A DNA stretch of 35,544 nucleotides, from positions 1 to 35,544 of the forward strand of contig NEEC01000129.1 in NCBI GenBank assembly GCA_002189035.1, read 5' to 3'. Origin of the DNA: Utricularia gibba. Lineage: Eukaryota > Plantae > Magnoliophyta. Position 1 is the first letter of the stretch; the number at the start of each line of letters is the position of its first letter. Below are positions 14,450 through 24,133 of the stretch, piece by piece. The notes beneath the pieces are model-generated. The model had not been told where the DNA came from. It ran no database searches and was given only the letters and a program-made list of their open reading frames with translations. A program made the position numbers and the translations under genes.

Positions 14450-16569
14450 TTACTTTTCTTCTGGTTGGATGGGAGGAGCTGCTTTCTCCACATCTTTATT
14501 GGCTTTTTCCCCTCTCCAGTACTTGATCCTTTTCACTGCGGTGGAGGCCTGAAATCCAGTGGAATTGTGGGTGGTTTATTTGGAATAACTGTGATGGGGT
14601 GGTGTCCTTTGTACCTCCTTTTCCCAGTTTGTTCTGTAAACGATCCAGAAGAGAATCAATGTCTGGACTATCGTCCCTGCTACCATTCCGTACCATATAC
14701 CCTGCAGAAAGAAGAAGAAGAAGATCATGCATCTCTTGACTTTTCCGGTTGGTTCCGGTGGATGAATGAACTTACGGCGGCGCCCATGTTGAGAGTGTAG
14801 CCCATGACCAAACCAAGAGGGACGCCGAACACGTAGTAGCACACGATGTTCACGTAGGCGATCAGCGATTGCCATCCGGCTCCGATCGCGACTCCTGCAT
14901 CGGATTATTTGTTTTAGATGATATGCATCACTTGGGCGGCGGATCAGGAAGCAAAAGAACCTGATAGAGCGGGCTGGATGCTGTTGACAACGATGGAGAA
15001 GGCCAGCAATGGGGTGAGATCATACACGATGGCCACGACCTCGTCGCTGTCGGTGAAGAGCGCCGGATATTGATCCTTCAAGACGATGAGGACGGTTGCG
15101 AATACGGTTCCGACGAGCAGCGCCCATATCACCATTACCACAACTGAAAATTTAGCAGTTCGCGGATGGGATGCTCCGAGCTCATTCGACACTCTTACAC
15201 TACGCAAATCAACACAGAAGATGTCACCGTGTTTGCTCAAGTGGGGACATCATCAATCAATCTATCTCTCACCTGATTGCAGCATTGAATCCAACTGCTA
15301 TCATGTTGGTGAATCCCAATATGTTTGTGCTGCACAAGATGCAGATTCTCAGATTTGGACATGTTTGAAACGACTGGTTTCTAAAGATTATATCTTGATA
15401 ACTGGGAGCATATCAACACAACTCACCAAACAGATAGAGCAGCAACAGCTACCTCAGCGTTCTTCAAGTAACCAGCCAGAAGAGTCAAAGCCATGAAATA
15501 CCATGTTTCCAAGCTGTAAGTAAACATGCCATGGTAAAAAGGGTGAATCTTTACAGGAATCTTGATCCACAACAGGGAAATACGATGAGTTACCACATCA
15601 TTACTGCAGATGCAAGAGAGAGCCTTACGAATCCCCATAGATTTTGTACCGCTCTCAAGCTGAATCCTGGCCAAGCTTTTCCGCAGGTTCCAGAAAGAAT
15701 GTAAATCGCTTGCGCTATCACAATGAACCACCACGAGGCGTCGAGAACCGCAGCACCGCCAGCTAGTCCCCAGCCGAATTTAAGCATAAAAAGCCAGCTA
15801 AAAAGTATGTGCAGGGCAAGAGCCGAAGCTGAGATCCAAGCCATGGCCATTATCTTGCTCTGCGCCTGCAAAAACTTGGCTGTCGGAAAATTCAAAGCGT
15901 AGGCGAAAAGCTGAGGAATCATCCACCAGGCCAATTTTCCGGCGACTTGAGAAATGCTCTGTTTCTGGCCAATTAGCAGCAAAAAGGGCAAGGCGAAAAT
16001 GTATAGAAACATCATAATCAGAGCAGTTCCGAGAAGAATAATCCATGATCTCTGCAAATAAACACCCAGCATATCAAGCTGCCCAGCCCCAAACGCCTGT
16101 CCACAAAGCGTTTCCACCGCGCTTCCCATTCCCAACTGCGAAAAACTCGAATCTTTGTCAACAAAATTACAAAGAAAAAAACCCATCATTCAAATTGGTT
16201 CAATACCATGACTCCCAGAGACAATCCCGCGATTACGGAGTTCTCGATCGAGAATGCGGATAATTCCAGCGTACCCACATGCCCCGCGAAAGTTTGCGTC
16301 GAACCTCCGAGCGTATATTGGCAAAGGGATGTGAAAATTGCTGGTCCAGCAAGATACCACAGCTTCCCCGACTCCTCCTTGAACGCCCAAAAAAACCCAT
16401 TAACATTCTCGATGGGCGGGATGTCGTCCTCACCGGCGACGAAGGAGGAGAAAACGGATAAGTTGGAGAGACGGTGGAAGGAAGATAGCCGCGGGGTAAC
16501 CTCCGGCACAACGTCATCGTCTTCCTCCGGCACAAGAAGCAATTGTTTGGCTTCGTTGTTGTCCGCCAT
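14450..16569 (-). CDS. MATE efflux transporter (DETOXIFICATION family, DTX29-33-like group); exons approx 16569-16207, 16135-15594, 15513-15427, 15329-15273, 15200-14961, 14895-14777, 14702-14616, 14548-14450
   Basis: [159 protein letters not shown]; eight-exon MATE structure. Confidence 0.95.
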
Positions 16570-17271
16570 TGTTACTCCCAAGAAAGGAATACAACGCACC
16601 AAGATTTAACCGGAGCTGCAACCACGTGTATCTGAAATATTGGACTGAAAAACGAATGGACTCGTTTCGCTCACCTGCCTGAGCGTGATGCATGGGTGCT
16701 GACCTATATCTCTTAACAATGAGATCTTTATCGGATCTCTGACCAGTAGGAATCAAATACGACTCGGCTCAACCACGTGCAAACCTACTTCCGGCAGCAC
16801 GAAGATGCAGGACAAATATGTAAACACCGCCGACCTTTTTTGTCTAAAAAAGAAACAACAGGAATTATGATCCAAAATTAAAATTCATTATTATTACCAG
16901 ATTTTTTAATTTTTTAAAAACCTATTCATAACATTAAAAAGCTTAATACGTTTAAAAGAAGTAAAAAAAATAAACAAATTAATATTTTTTTATCAGTAAA
17001 TAAAGGAATGTAATTCTATTTATGGCATTATTTATTTTCTGATTACCATTAACCCATGAAAAAAAAATAAATGCCCACCATCTTCCATTCTCACCCATAT
17101 TCAAATTTCGGATTTGATCCAAAAAACGAAATTTCACGTAAATTTCAGAAAAAATTATCAAATTTCCCAAAAAAGAAAATATTTTATTTCTGAAAAAATC
17201 GAAAATTTTGGGGTTGAAAACAACACGACAAAGGCGTCTGATCTAGACTTCGGAGGGTTGCCACGTGGACG

Positions 17272-17990
17272 CAAGTTCAGCGCCTAGCATTTTCCAGAGA
17301 GTTTTCTTCTATTCTCTTCTCTTCATTCAAAGGCATGATGCAGAGAGATTTCTTGAAATGTGTCGTTTTCTCAGGCCCCGGATATCTCCACACAACCAGA
17401 TGATCGCAGATTCCGAAGGGCAGAACTCTCGGATTAGGGTTTCACCGCCTATGGCGAATCAACGGACACTACCACGGCGGTAAGAAAAAACACCACCAGG
17501 ACGACCACGAGCACCACCCTCACCACTCCGACTCGTGTACTTTCATTCTAGAATGAACAGCGCAGCGCAGCTCGCCCAGGTTGACGGACGTTAACCGCCA
17601 CCGCCACCCACGTCTACCGTCGACCGTGCCACTGCCGCCCGCTTTGCTTTGTGCCCGCCACCGCCATCAACCACCACCACCAGCGGGCCTGTTGGGGCGC
17701 GGGCACGATCGTCCGTCGCTAGTTTAAGATTTGACTATGAGGCGTGGTTTGAAATTAAGGTATAACATTGATTTATAATGTGTTTAATAAAATTATTTTG
17801 TTTTGTATGAAGATATAATTATACTAATTATATGGGTATAATTATCATTATATCTATATAATAACTTCATATATGACTATATGTATATTCAATGAAAATA
17901 TGGATATTTTTTAAATCTACATATTTAGATTTATTTAAATTCAAATAATTTAAACTCACCAATATATCAACACACTAACGAAACAAAGAC
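17272..17990 (+). repeat. Dispersed repeat, copy 1 (GC-rich core then AT-rich tail); copy 2 at ~21421-22545
   Basis: 17395-17990 is nearly identical to 21950-22545, and 17272-17385 matches 21421-21560. No convincing ORF; probably transposon-derived. Confidence 0.85.
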
Positions 17991-18250
17991 TGATTATTCA
18001 GTCTATTAATTTGAAAATATAATAATATAATCCAAATAATACAAAAGAGTTTCACCATCATCAATGGTAAGTACCAGGTGTGACTGACGTGACCAATTTT
18101 CTTAGCCTATTCTCAGTCTCCGACCAAGAGGGCGCATGCGTTCCCCCGTCCACGAAAGGCGTTTGCTTCGAATGTCAAAATGTAGCTCCAAGTGTAGTAT
18201 ATATTTGTCTCCCTTGATCGGCGAGGAGCCTAAGTCAAGTTCAGGTCAGG

Positions 18251-18502
18251 ATGTTGAAACATATAGCTTTGGCTGTCTTCTTGCTGCTCGTGATCGCGCC
18301 ATGCTTGGCCTCTCCGGTCCACCGGAGGATGCCCGCGCTTGCAGTTTCCAAAAGGGGGATCATAGCCCGGCCTCCGGCGCCGGCGGCCAAAAATGGGTTT
18401 ATCAAGACACATTTAAATGTTGCAGATAACAGCGGGAAGCAGAATGAGATGTTGTTTATCCGAGATCCGCCTCCACCACTACTGGAGGGAGGAATGGTGT
18501 AA
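18251..18502 (+). CDS. Small secreted Pro-rich peptide precursor A (83 aa)
   Basis: Hydrophobic signal peptide MLKHIALAVFLLLVIAPCLAS, then AVSKR-GIIA-RPPAP-AAKN and C-terminal RDPPPPLLEGGMV*. TATA-like TATATAT ~45 bp upstream. Clear paralogy with the genes at 20114 and 23111. Confidence 0.75.
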   Translation: MLKHIALAVFLLLVIAPCLASPVHRRMPALAVSKRGIIARPPAPAAKNGFIKTHLNVADNSGKQNEMLFIRDPPPPLLEGGMV

Positions 18503-18594
18503 AGGTATTCCACGTTTGCGGCATCTACGCATCGTGACGCCGTTGTTTGTGTTGGCTCCGAGGTTTGTTATTTTTACAGTGATGTCGTTAGTGA

Positions 18595-19133
18595 TGTTGA
18601 GTGAGGATGAACATGAGATAAACCAGCAGCAAACTGTGAGAAATGTGGAGGACCCAGAACAGGAAAATAAAAATGTGTCGAGAGATAACGGGAGGAAGAA
18701 GAGAAAGGTCTGTCACCAACTCGGACTAGTTATACTGGACAGCAAGATGGGACACCAACAAAGATACTCCAACTCATCCACTTCAAGAAAATGGCCCAAC
18801 ATGAGGATATGGCCCAACGTGCTGAAGTCAATACTGTTGGAAGTCTTAGTGAGCAACGGGTAATCCCTAGAAGTAGGCGACCGTTGCTAAAGAACTATAA
18901 ATATGTGTATTTTTGTATAACACAATAACTTTGTTTTTTTCTCTAAGGAGAAATACATATATCAAATTAGCCACATCCTTTTCTCATATCTGTTCTACAA
19001 GCCTCACACACTGATATAAATTGCTATCAATTAGACCTATTTTAGGTCAAATATGTTGGGTCCAATCCATTACACTTTACCTATGGACTTTGCTTGCAGT
19101 CTTGAGTGTATGCTTCGTGCTTGTGTGTTACAG
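18595..19133 (+). mobile_element. Degenerate LTR-like fragment (possible solo LTR)
   Basis: Begins TGTTG and ends GTGTTACA, with an internal CTATAAATA at ~18895. Related copies lie at ~21563-21948 and, inverted and more diverged, at ~21171-21400. No target-site duplication found. Confidence 0.35.
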
Positions 19134-19362
19134 TCATCTTAAATAAATGGAGTTTAGTCACAAATTTTCACTTTACTCTTATTAGAAAAAAAAAAAGCAA
19201 ATAATATATCAATAAATATAATCAAATATATAAAAAAAATTATCATTAATAATGAATTGTATTCAATTTTTTTCCAATGAAATCTATATTTTTTATTTAC
19301 TTAAATTTCATGTATGTTCGTCTCATTCATAAGATTTTTAATTTCAACAAACATATCTGCAT

Positions 19363-19374
19363 TGGTATCAAAGC
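19363..19374 (+). other. PBS-like motif TGGTATCAAAGC (tRNA-iMet primer-binding-site variant)
   Basis: One mismatch from the canonical plant LTR-retrotransposon PBS TGGTATCAGAGC, and preceded by ...CA-T. No gag/pol ORF follows. Confidence 0.3.
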
Positions 19375-20113
19375 AGCCTCACTTTGGTCCTTTCGATACT
19401 TTTATCTTTCCCAAATTCATGAGAAGATTTACCAGAATCCCCAGGAACACTTCTACTCAAGAGAAGACCTATGAGAATTCTGCCTGTTTGAAAAGGAGTG
19501 CGTGCAATCTTCTTCTTGAGTTCTGAGTGATCGTTGTATCACTTAGTGTGGGGATTTTGTTATCACCAAGTGCATGTCAGTACTGCTATTGTATCTGTGA
19601 ACACACAGTGAATTGCCTCTTGGTTTGGTTTGGATGAACTCTAGCCAATGATATTTCCCAGTTCTTACGGTTTTATCTGGTAAAAAAAAACAATGTCTCT
19701 AAAATAACATAAATCTAAAAATACTTTTTATTACATAGTTTTAACTTTTCGTTTAATTTCATTTTTTAATTAAAAATCATATTTTAATAATTATACTTTT
19801 ATGAATTTTAAATTATGTTAAAAATTTAATAATAAAATAATAATTATTCTGAATTTTTCAGAATTTTTATTATATTTATAATTCAATATATACATTCAAA
19901 TTTCAAATTATGTATTTTTCTAAAATCTAAACACCCTTACTATTTTTCAAAATTAACGTGTCGGTGATGCGGCCCGGCCCATTCGCAGTCTCTGACCAGG
20001 TGGGCGTCTGCGTTCCTACCTGACATTCCGTTCTCAAAAGGCGTTTGCTGTCCACAACTTGCTCCAAATGTGTTATATATTCATCTCCCTTCCTCAGCAG
20101 TAGCCAACTCAAG

Positions 20114-20411
20114 ATGAAGAAACCAACAACAGCTTTGGCTGTCTTCCTGCTGCTCCTGATTGCACCATGCTTGGCCTCTCCTCTCCGCCAGAGTATGTTC
20201 GGGCTCGCACTTGCAGATTCCAAAAGGGAGATGGAAATCAGGCCTCCGGCGCCGATGACAAGACAGTTTAAAATCTCGGAGGTCCCCAGTCCGCCTCCAC
20301 CACAACCACCACCACCACCGGAGGGGAATTCCTGTATCAACCACCACTACCGGAGGGGAATTGCTGTATCCACCACAACCATCACCAACACCGGAGGGGG
20401 AATTGCTGTAA
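20114..20411 (+). CDS. Small secreted Pro-rich peptide precursor B (99 aa if one G is restored in each of two G-runs; the as-assembled ORF runs to 20476)
   Basis: Signal peptide MKKPTTALAVFLLLLIAPCLAS, ADSKR-EMEI-RPPAP, PSPPPPQ, then three nucleotide repeats. These read PEGEFLY / PEGELLY / PEGELL* when G-runs 20323-26 and 20355-58 are read as five G, as in the third repeat. The TAA at 20409 aligns with the stop of paralog A. Confidence 0.75.
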
Positions 20412-20584
20412 AGTTGTACCATGTTTATGGCATCTGTTGCTTCTTTGACGATTTTAGAGTTACGGTCTCCCTGTAGTTCTTGGTGTTGAGCAATGCATTA
20501 TCAAGTTTTCTGTAAGATAAATTGGGTTATCAGTGAATGAGTCGAACTCGACGGAGGAACATGCCTGCGATTGGCTATCTAAGA

Positions 20585-20872
20585 CGATGTCAATAGTGGC
20601 TCAAGCTCGTTGCTTGAAGAAACAAACGCGCCTGCTTTGTTCTAGAATGAAAAGCCCGCGCAAGGAGACTACACAGTCCACACGTATACATTGAAAAGGT
20701 TAACAAGAAACAAACGCGCCTACGCAATGTAATGGTTTTCGAAGTGACCAAAGACTTGACGCGTTCCAGGTCAAGGGTCCTCAATATCGGATCAGGAGTG
20801 TGGAATCTACTTTCCGCCCAAGGAAAAACAGGGTTGGTGAAAGAGTAGAGTTCGCCTTCCTTGTATATACAA
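20585..20872 (+). promoter_or_regulatory. CGCG-box/W-box-rich promoter of peptide gene D (duplicated at ~23547-23834 for gene E)
   Basis: ACGCGC at 20626 and 20714 (within a 17-bp direct repeat aagaaacaaacgcgcct), CCGCGC at 20656, TTGACGCGT at 20756-64, GGTCAA (W-box TTGACC on the minus strand) at 20769, and TATA-like gtatatac ~75 bp before the ATG. Confidence 0.55.
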
Positions 20873-20939
20873 GTGCCAAGGCTCATCTCTCTTGTTGCAA
20901 AGGGCAACTGAGAGAAAGGAGGAGTCTTTAGCATTGGAA

Positions 20940-21195
20940 ATGAAGAAACTTGATAGCAGAGCCACTGCTGCATTCATGGTGACTCTCTTGCTGCTTATCG
21001 TGATGATTACACACTGTTTTGCCGCCGGCAAAGCAACAGCAGCAGTTCCTCTTCAAGGTAATTCATGCTTGCACTAGCAGTGATCCATCACAGGCACTGA
21101 AAATTGGTCGTTTGTTTTAAGGTTCAGAGATGTCTATCCCATCTCGCAACAACCGGAAGATGTTTCCGTTTCATGGACTTGGGTCTTCTCCTTAA
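20940..21195 (+). pseudogene. Secreted peptide precursor D, truncated paralog of E; exons 20940-21057 and 21128-21195
   Basis: Same signal-peptide exon and 70-nt GT-AG intron as E. Exon 2 matches E only up to RNNRKMFPF, then switches to unrelated repeat-derived sequence (HGLGSSP*), losing the conserved SRR...PIPAP block. Confidence 0.6.
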
Positions 21196-21400
21196 GTGTG
21201 GACTCCTTAGTATTTGATTCATATTCGCGAGAGGGCCATTTCATGGAATTAGGATTCAATATAATAAGGTCCATATCTGTCTCATGTCTTCTCTTCGTCT
21301 TCTTACCACCAGCATCGTTCCTGCGAAATCCCTGAGTTCTCAGCTTCAACATCAGCTTCATTCTCACACAATTCATTCTTCAATTCATCTAGGTCAACCT
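21171..21400 (-). mobile_element. Inverted, diverged LTR-like fragment abutting the truncation point of gene D
   Basis: The reverse complement shares blocks (agaagacatg, tt-at-xx-tgxa, aaatggccc) with 18595-18900 and 21563-21800. Confidence 0.3.
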
Positions 21401-21420
21401 TCAGGAGGGATGCTGCGTGA

Positions 21421-22545
21421 ACGCAAGTTCAGCGCCGATGAAGAAGCCTATGGCTTCCTGGTTAGCATCTTGCAGACAGTTTTCTTCTATTCTCTTCTCT
21501 TCATTCAAGGGCATGATGCAGAGAGATTTCTTGAAATGGGTCGTTTCTTAAGCCCCGGAAATTGATGATGAGTGAGGACGAATATGAGACAACGCAGCAG
21601 CAAGCTATTAGAAATGCGGAAGACTCAAACCTAGAAATCAGGAGTGTGTGGAAAGATAACAGGAGGAAGAAGAAGACATGCCAGCATCTCGCGCTAATTA
21701 TGCTGGACAGCAAAGTAAGGAAATGAACTACAAACGATGATCCAGCAATTCCCAGAAGTAGGCAACCGTTACCCACCATTGAACTATAAATATGTATAAA
21801 TATGTGTATCCAGGCACGTCCTAAACTAACTTTGTATGCAGAAAAATTCCTCATTGAGGAAAACAATTTCCAAAATCGTACAATATCTGCCTCCCATATT
21901 CGTCCTACAAAGCCACATACTCTTATACATTGATCAACGGATTGTACACTACCAGATGATCGAAGATTCCGAGAGGGAGAAATCTCGGATTAGGGTTTCA
22001 CCGCCTATGGCGAATCAACGGACACTACCACGGCGGTAAGAAAAACCACCACCAGGACGACCACGAGCACCACCCTCACCACTCCGACTCGTGTGCTTTC
22101 ATTCTAGAATAGACAGCGCAGCGCAGCTCACCCAGGTTGACGGACGTTAACCGCCACCGCCACCCACGTCTACCGTCGACCGTGCCACTGCCGCCCGCTT
22201 TGCTTTTTGCCCGCCACCGCCATCAACCAGTACCACCAGCGGGCCCGTTGGGGCGCGGGCACGATCGTCCGTCGCTAGTTTAAGATTTGACTATGAGGCG
22301 TGGTTTGAAATTAAGGTATAACATTGATTTATAGTGTATTTAATAAAATTATTTTGTTTTGTATCAAGATATAATTATACTAATTATATGGTTATAATTA
22401 TCATTATATTTATATAATAACTTCATATATGGTTATATGTATATCCAATGAAAATATGGATATTTTTAAATCTATGTATTTGGATTTATCTAAATTCAAA
22501 TAATTTAAACTTACCACTATATCAATACACCAACGAAACAAAGAC
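21421..22545 (+). repeat. Dispersed repeat copy 2, interrupted by a ~385-bp LTR-like insert (21563-21948)
   Basis: The flanks match 17272-17385 and 17395-17990. The insert matches 18595-19010 (atgagtgaggaYgaaYatgaga...gaactataaatatgt). Confidence 0.8.
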
Positions 22546-22984
22546 ATGTGATTGTGACTCAGCCTGTTAACCGGTTTTTCTTGTTTTAGGGTTAATCAAG
22601 TACCAATTTTTAGAATTTTTTTATTAAAAGTAGTACTGCCATTGCTTTTATCAAATTGCAGGGTAATGATTGTTTATTTATAAATTTTAGTATTATCTAT
22701 AGTTCTTGGATAAATATTTCACACTATCAATTCTTAATTTTGCTAATTTTTCAATACTTGTTTTGTTCTTGTAATTGTATGTAAATGACATTTAAAATCA
22801 ATGCATTTTTCTGTTTTTTTATACTCAATGTTTGAGTTAATGAAAACTTAATAATAATATTTAATGATCTTTATATCTATAGATGATAAATAATGATATA
22901 AGATATTATTTTATACTTTATTATATAATAATAATATAAATTTTAATATGATATATATATTGACCGGTTAAACTCAGACGCATT

Positions 22985-24133
22985 CAGTCTCTGACCAGGT
23001 GGGCGTCTGCGTTCGTACCTCACACCGTTCTCAGAAGGCGTTTGCCGTCCACAACTTGCTCCAAATGTGTTATATATTCATCTCCCTTCCTCAGCAGGAG
23101 CCAACTCAAGATGAAGAAACCAACAGCAGCTTTGGCTGTCTTCCTGCTGCTCCTGATTGCACCATGCTTGGCCTCTCCGCTCCGCCAGAGTATGTCCGGG
23201 CTAGCAGATTCTAAAAGGCAGATCGACATCAGGCCTCCGGCGCCGATTAAAAATCAGTTTAGAATCTGGAGTGTCCCCAGTCCGCCTCCACCACGACCAA
23301 CAACACCGGAGGGGAATGGCTGTATACACCACATCGACAACCACCACCACCACCGGAGGGGGAATTGCTGTAAAGTTGTACCATGTTTATGGCATATGTT
23401 GCTTCTTTGACGATTTTAGAGTTACGGTCTCCCTGTAGTTCTTGATGTTGAGCAATGCATTATCAAGTTTTCTGTAAAATAAATTGGGTTATCAATGAAT
23501 GAGTCGAACTCGACGGAGGAACATGCCTGCGTTTGGCTATCTAAGACGATGTCAATAGTGGCTCAAGCTCGTTGCTTGAAGAAACAAACGCATCTGCTTT
23601 GTTCTAGAATGAAAAGCCCGCGCAAGGAGACTACACAGTCCACACGTATACATCGAAAAGATTAAGAAGAAACAAACGCGCCTACGCAATGTAATGGTTT
23701 TCGAAGTGACCAAAGACTTGACGCGTTCCAGGTCAAGGGTCCTCAATATCAGATCAGGAGTGTGGAATCTACTTTCCGCCCAAGGAAAAACAGGGTTGGT
23801 GAAAGAGTAGAGTTCGCCTTCCTTGTATATACAAGTGCCAAGGTTCATCTCCCTTGTAGCCAAGGCCAACTGAGAGAAAGGAGGAGTCTTTAGCATTGGA
23901 TATGAAGAAACTTGATAGCAGAGCCACTGCTGCATTTATGGTGACTCTCTTGCTGCTTATCGTGATGATTACACACTGCTTTGCCGCCGGCAAAGCAACA
24001 GCAGCAGTTCCTCTTCAAGGTAATTCATGCTTGCACTAGCAGTGATCCCATCACAGGCACTGAAAATTGGTCGTTTGTTTTAAGTTTCAGAGATGTCTAT
24101 CCCATCTCGCAACAACCGGAAGATGTTTCCGTT
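22985..24133 (+). repeat. Tandem segmental duplication unit 2 (module C+E)
   Basis: Aligns by eye base-for-base with 19986-21170 apart from scattered substitutions and small indels. Confidence 0.95.
23111..23373 (+). CDS. Small secreted Pro-rich peptide precursor C (87 aa if one G is restored; the as-assembled ORF runs to 23410)
   Basis: Signal peptide MKKPTAALAVFLLLLIAPCLAS, ADSKR-QIDI-RPPAP-IKNQ, PSPPPPR. With five G at 23311-14 it reads PEGEWLYTPHRQPPPPPEGELL*, using the same TAA-AG stop as A and B. Confidence 0.75.

Larger units (their letters stand above)
19986..21170 (+). repeat. Tandem segmental duplication unit 1 (two-peptide-gene module B+D); unit 2 at ~22985-24133
   Basis: Near-identical over ~1.15-1.2 kb, covering promoters, ORFs, 3' UTR and the intron. 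Similarity ends abruptly at gatgtttccgtt (21170 vs 24133). Confidence 0.95.

Noticed and set aside
18417-18863. 148-aa ORF with an NLS-like RKKRK
   Set aside because: A chimera of the off-frame end of gene A and the LTR-like repeat. The related copy at ~21566 is interrupted by a stop.
20300-20411. Tyr in PEGExLY as a sulfation site (PSK/PSY/RGF-like)
   Set aside because: Plant TPST substrates need an Asp-Tyr motif; here Tyr is preceded by Leu.
20327-20476. Thr/Gly- and Cys-rich C-terminal extension of ORF 20045-20476 (GNSCINHHYRRG...GICCFFDD)
   Set aside because: Most likely a frameshift artefact. Restoring G-runs gives a coherent repeated frame ending at a stop shared with paralogs A and C.
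20590-20973. 127-aa minus-strand ORF present twice (also 23552-23935)
   Set aside because: It is duplicated only because the whole module is recently duplicated. It is antisense to the D/E promoter and signal exon, and has no recognisable domain.
23315-23410. His-rich/Cys-rich tail (HHIDNHHHHRRGNCCK), suggesting a metal-binding or cysteine-rich peptide
   Set aside because: This is the shifted reading of the CCA (Pro) repeats. One missing G explains it, and it is not shared with B in the same frame.
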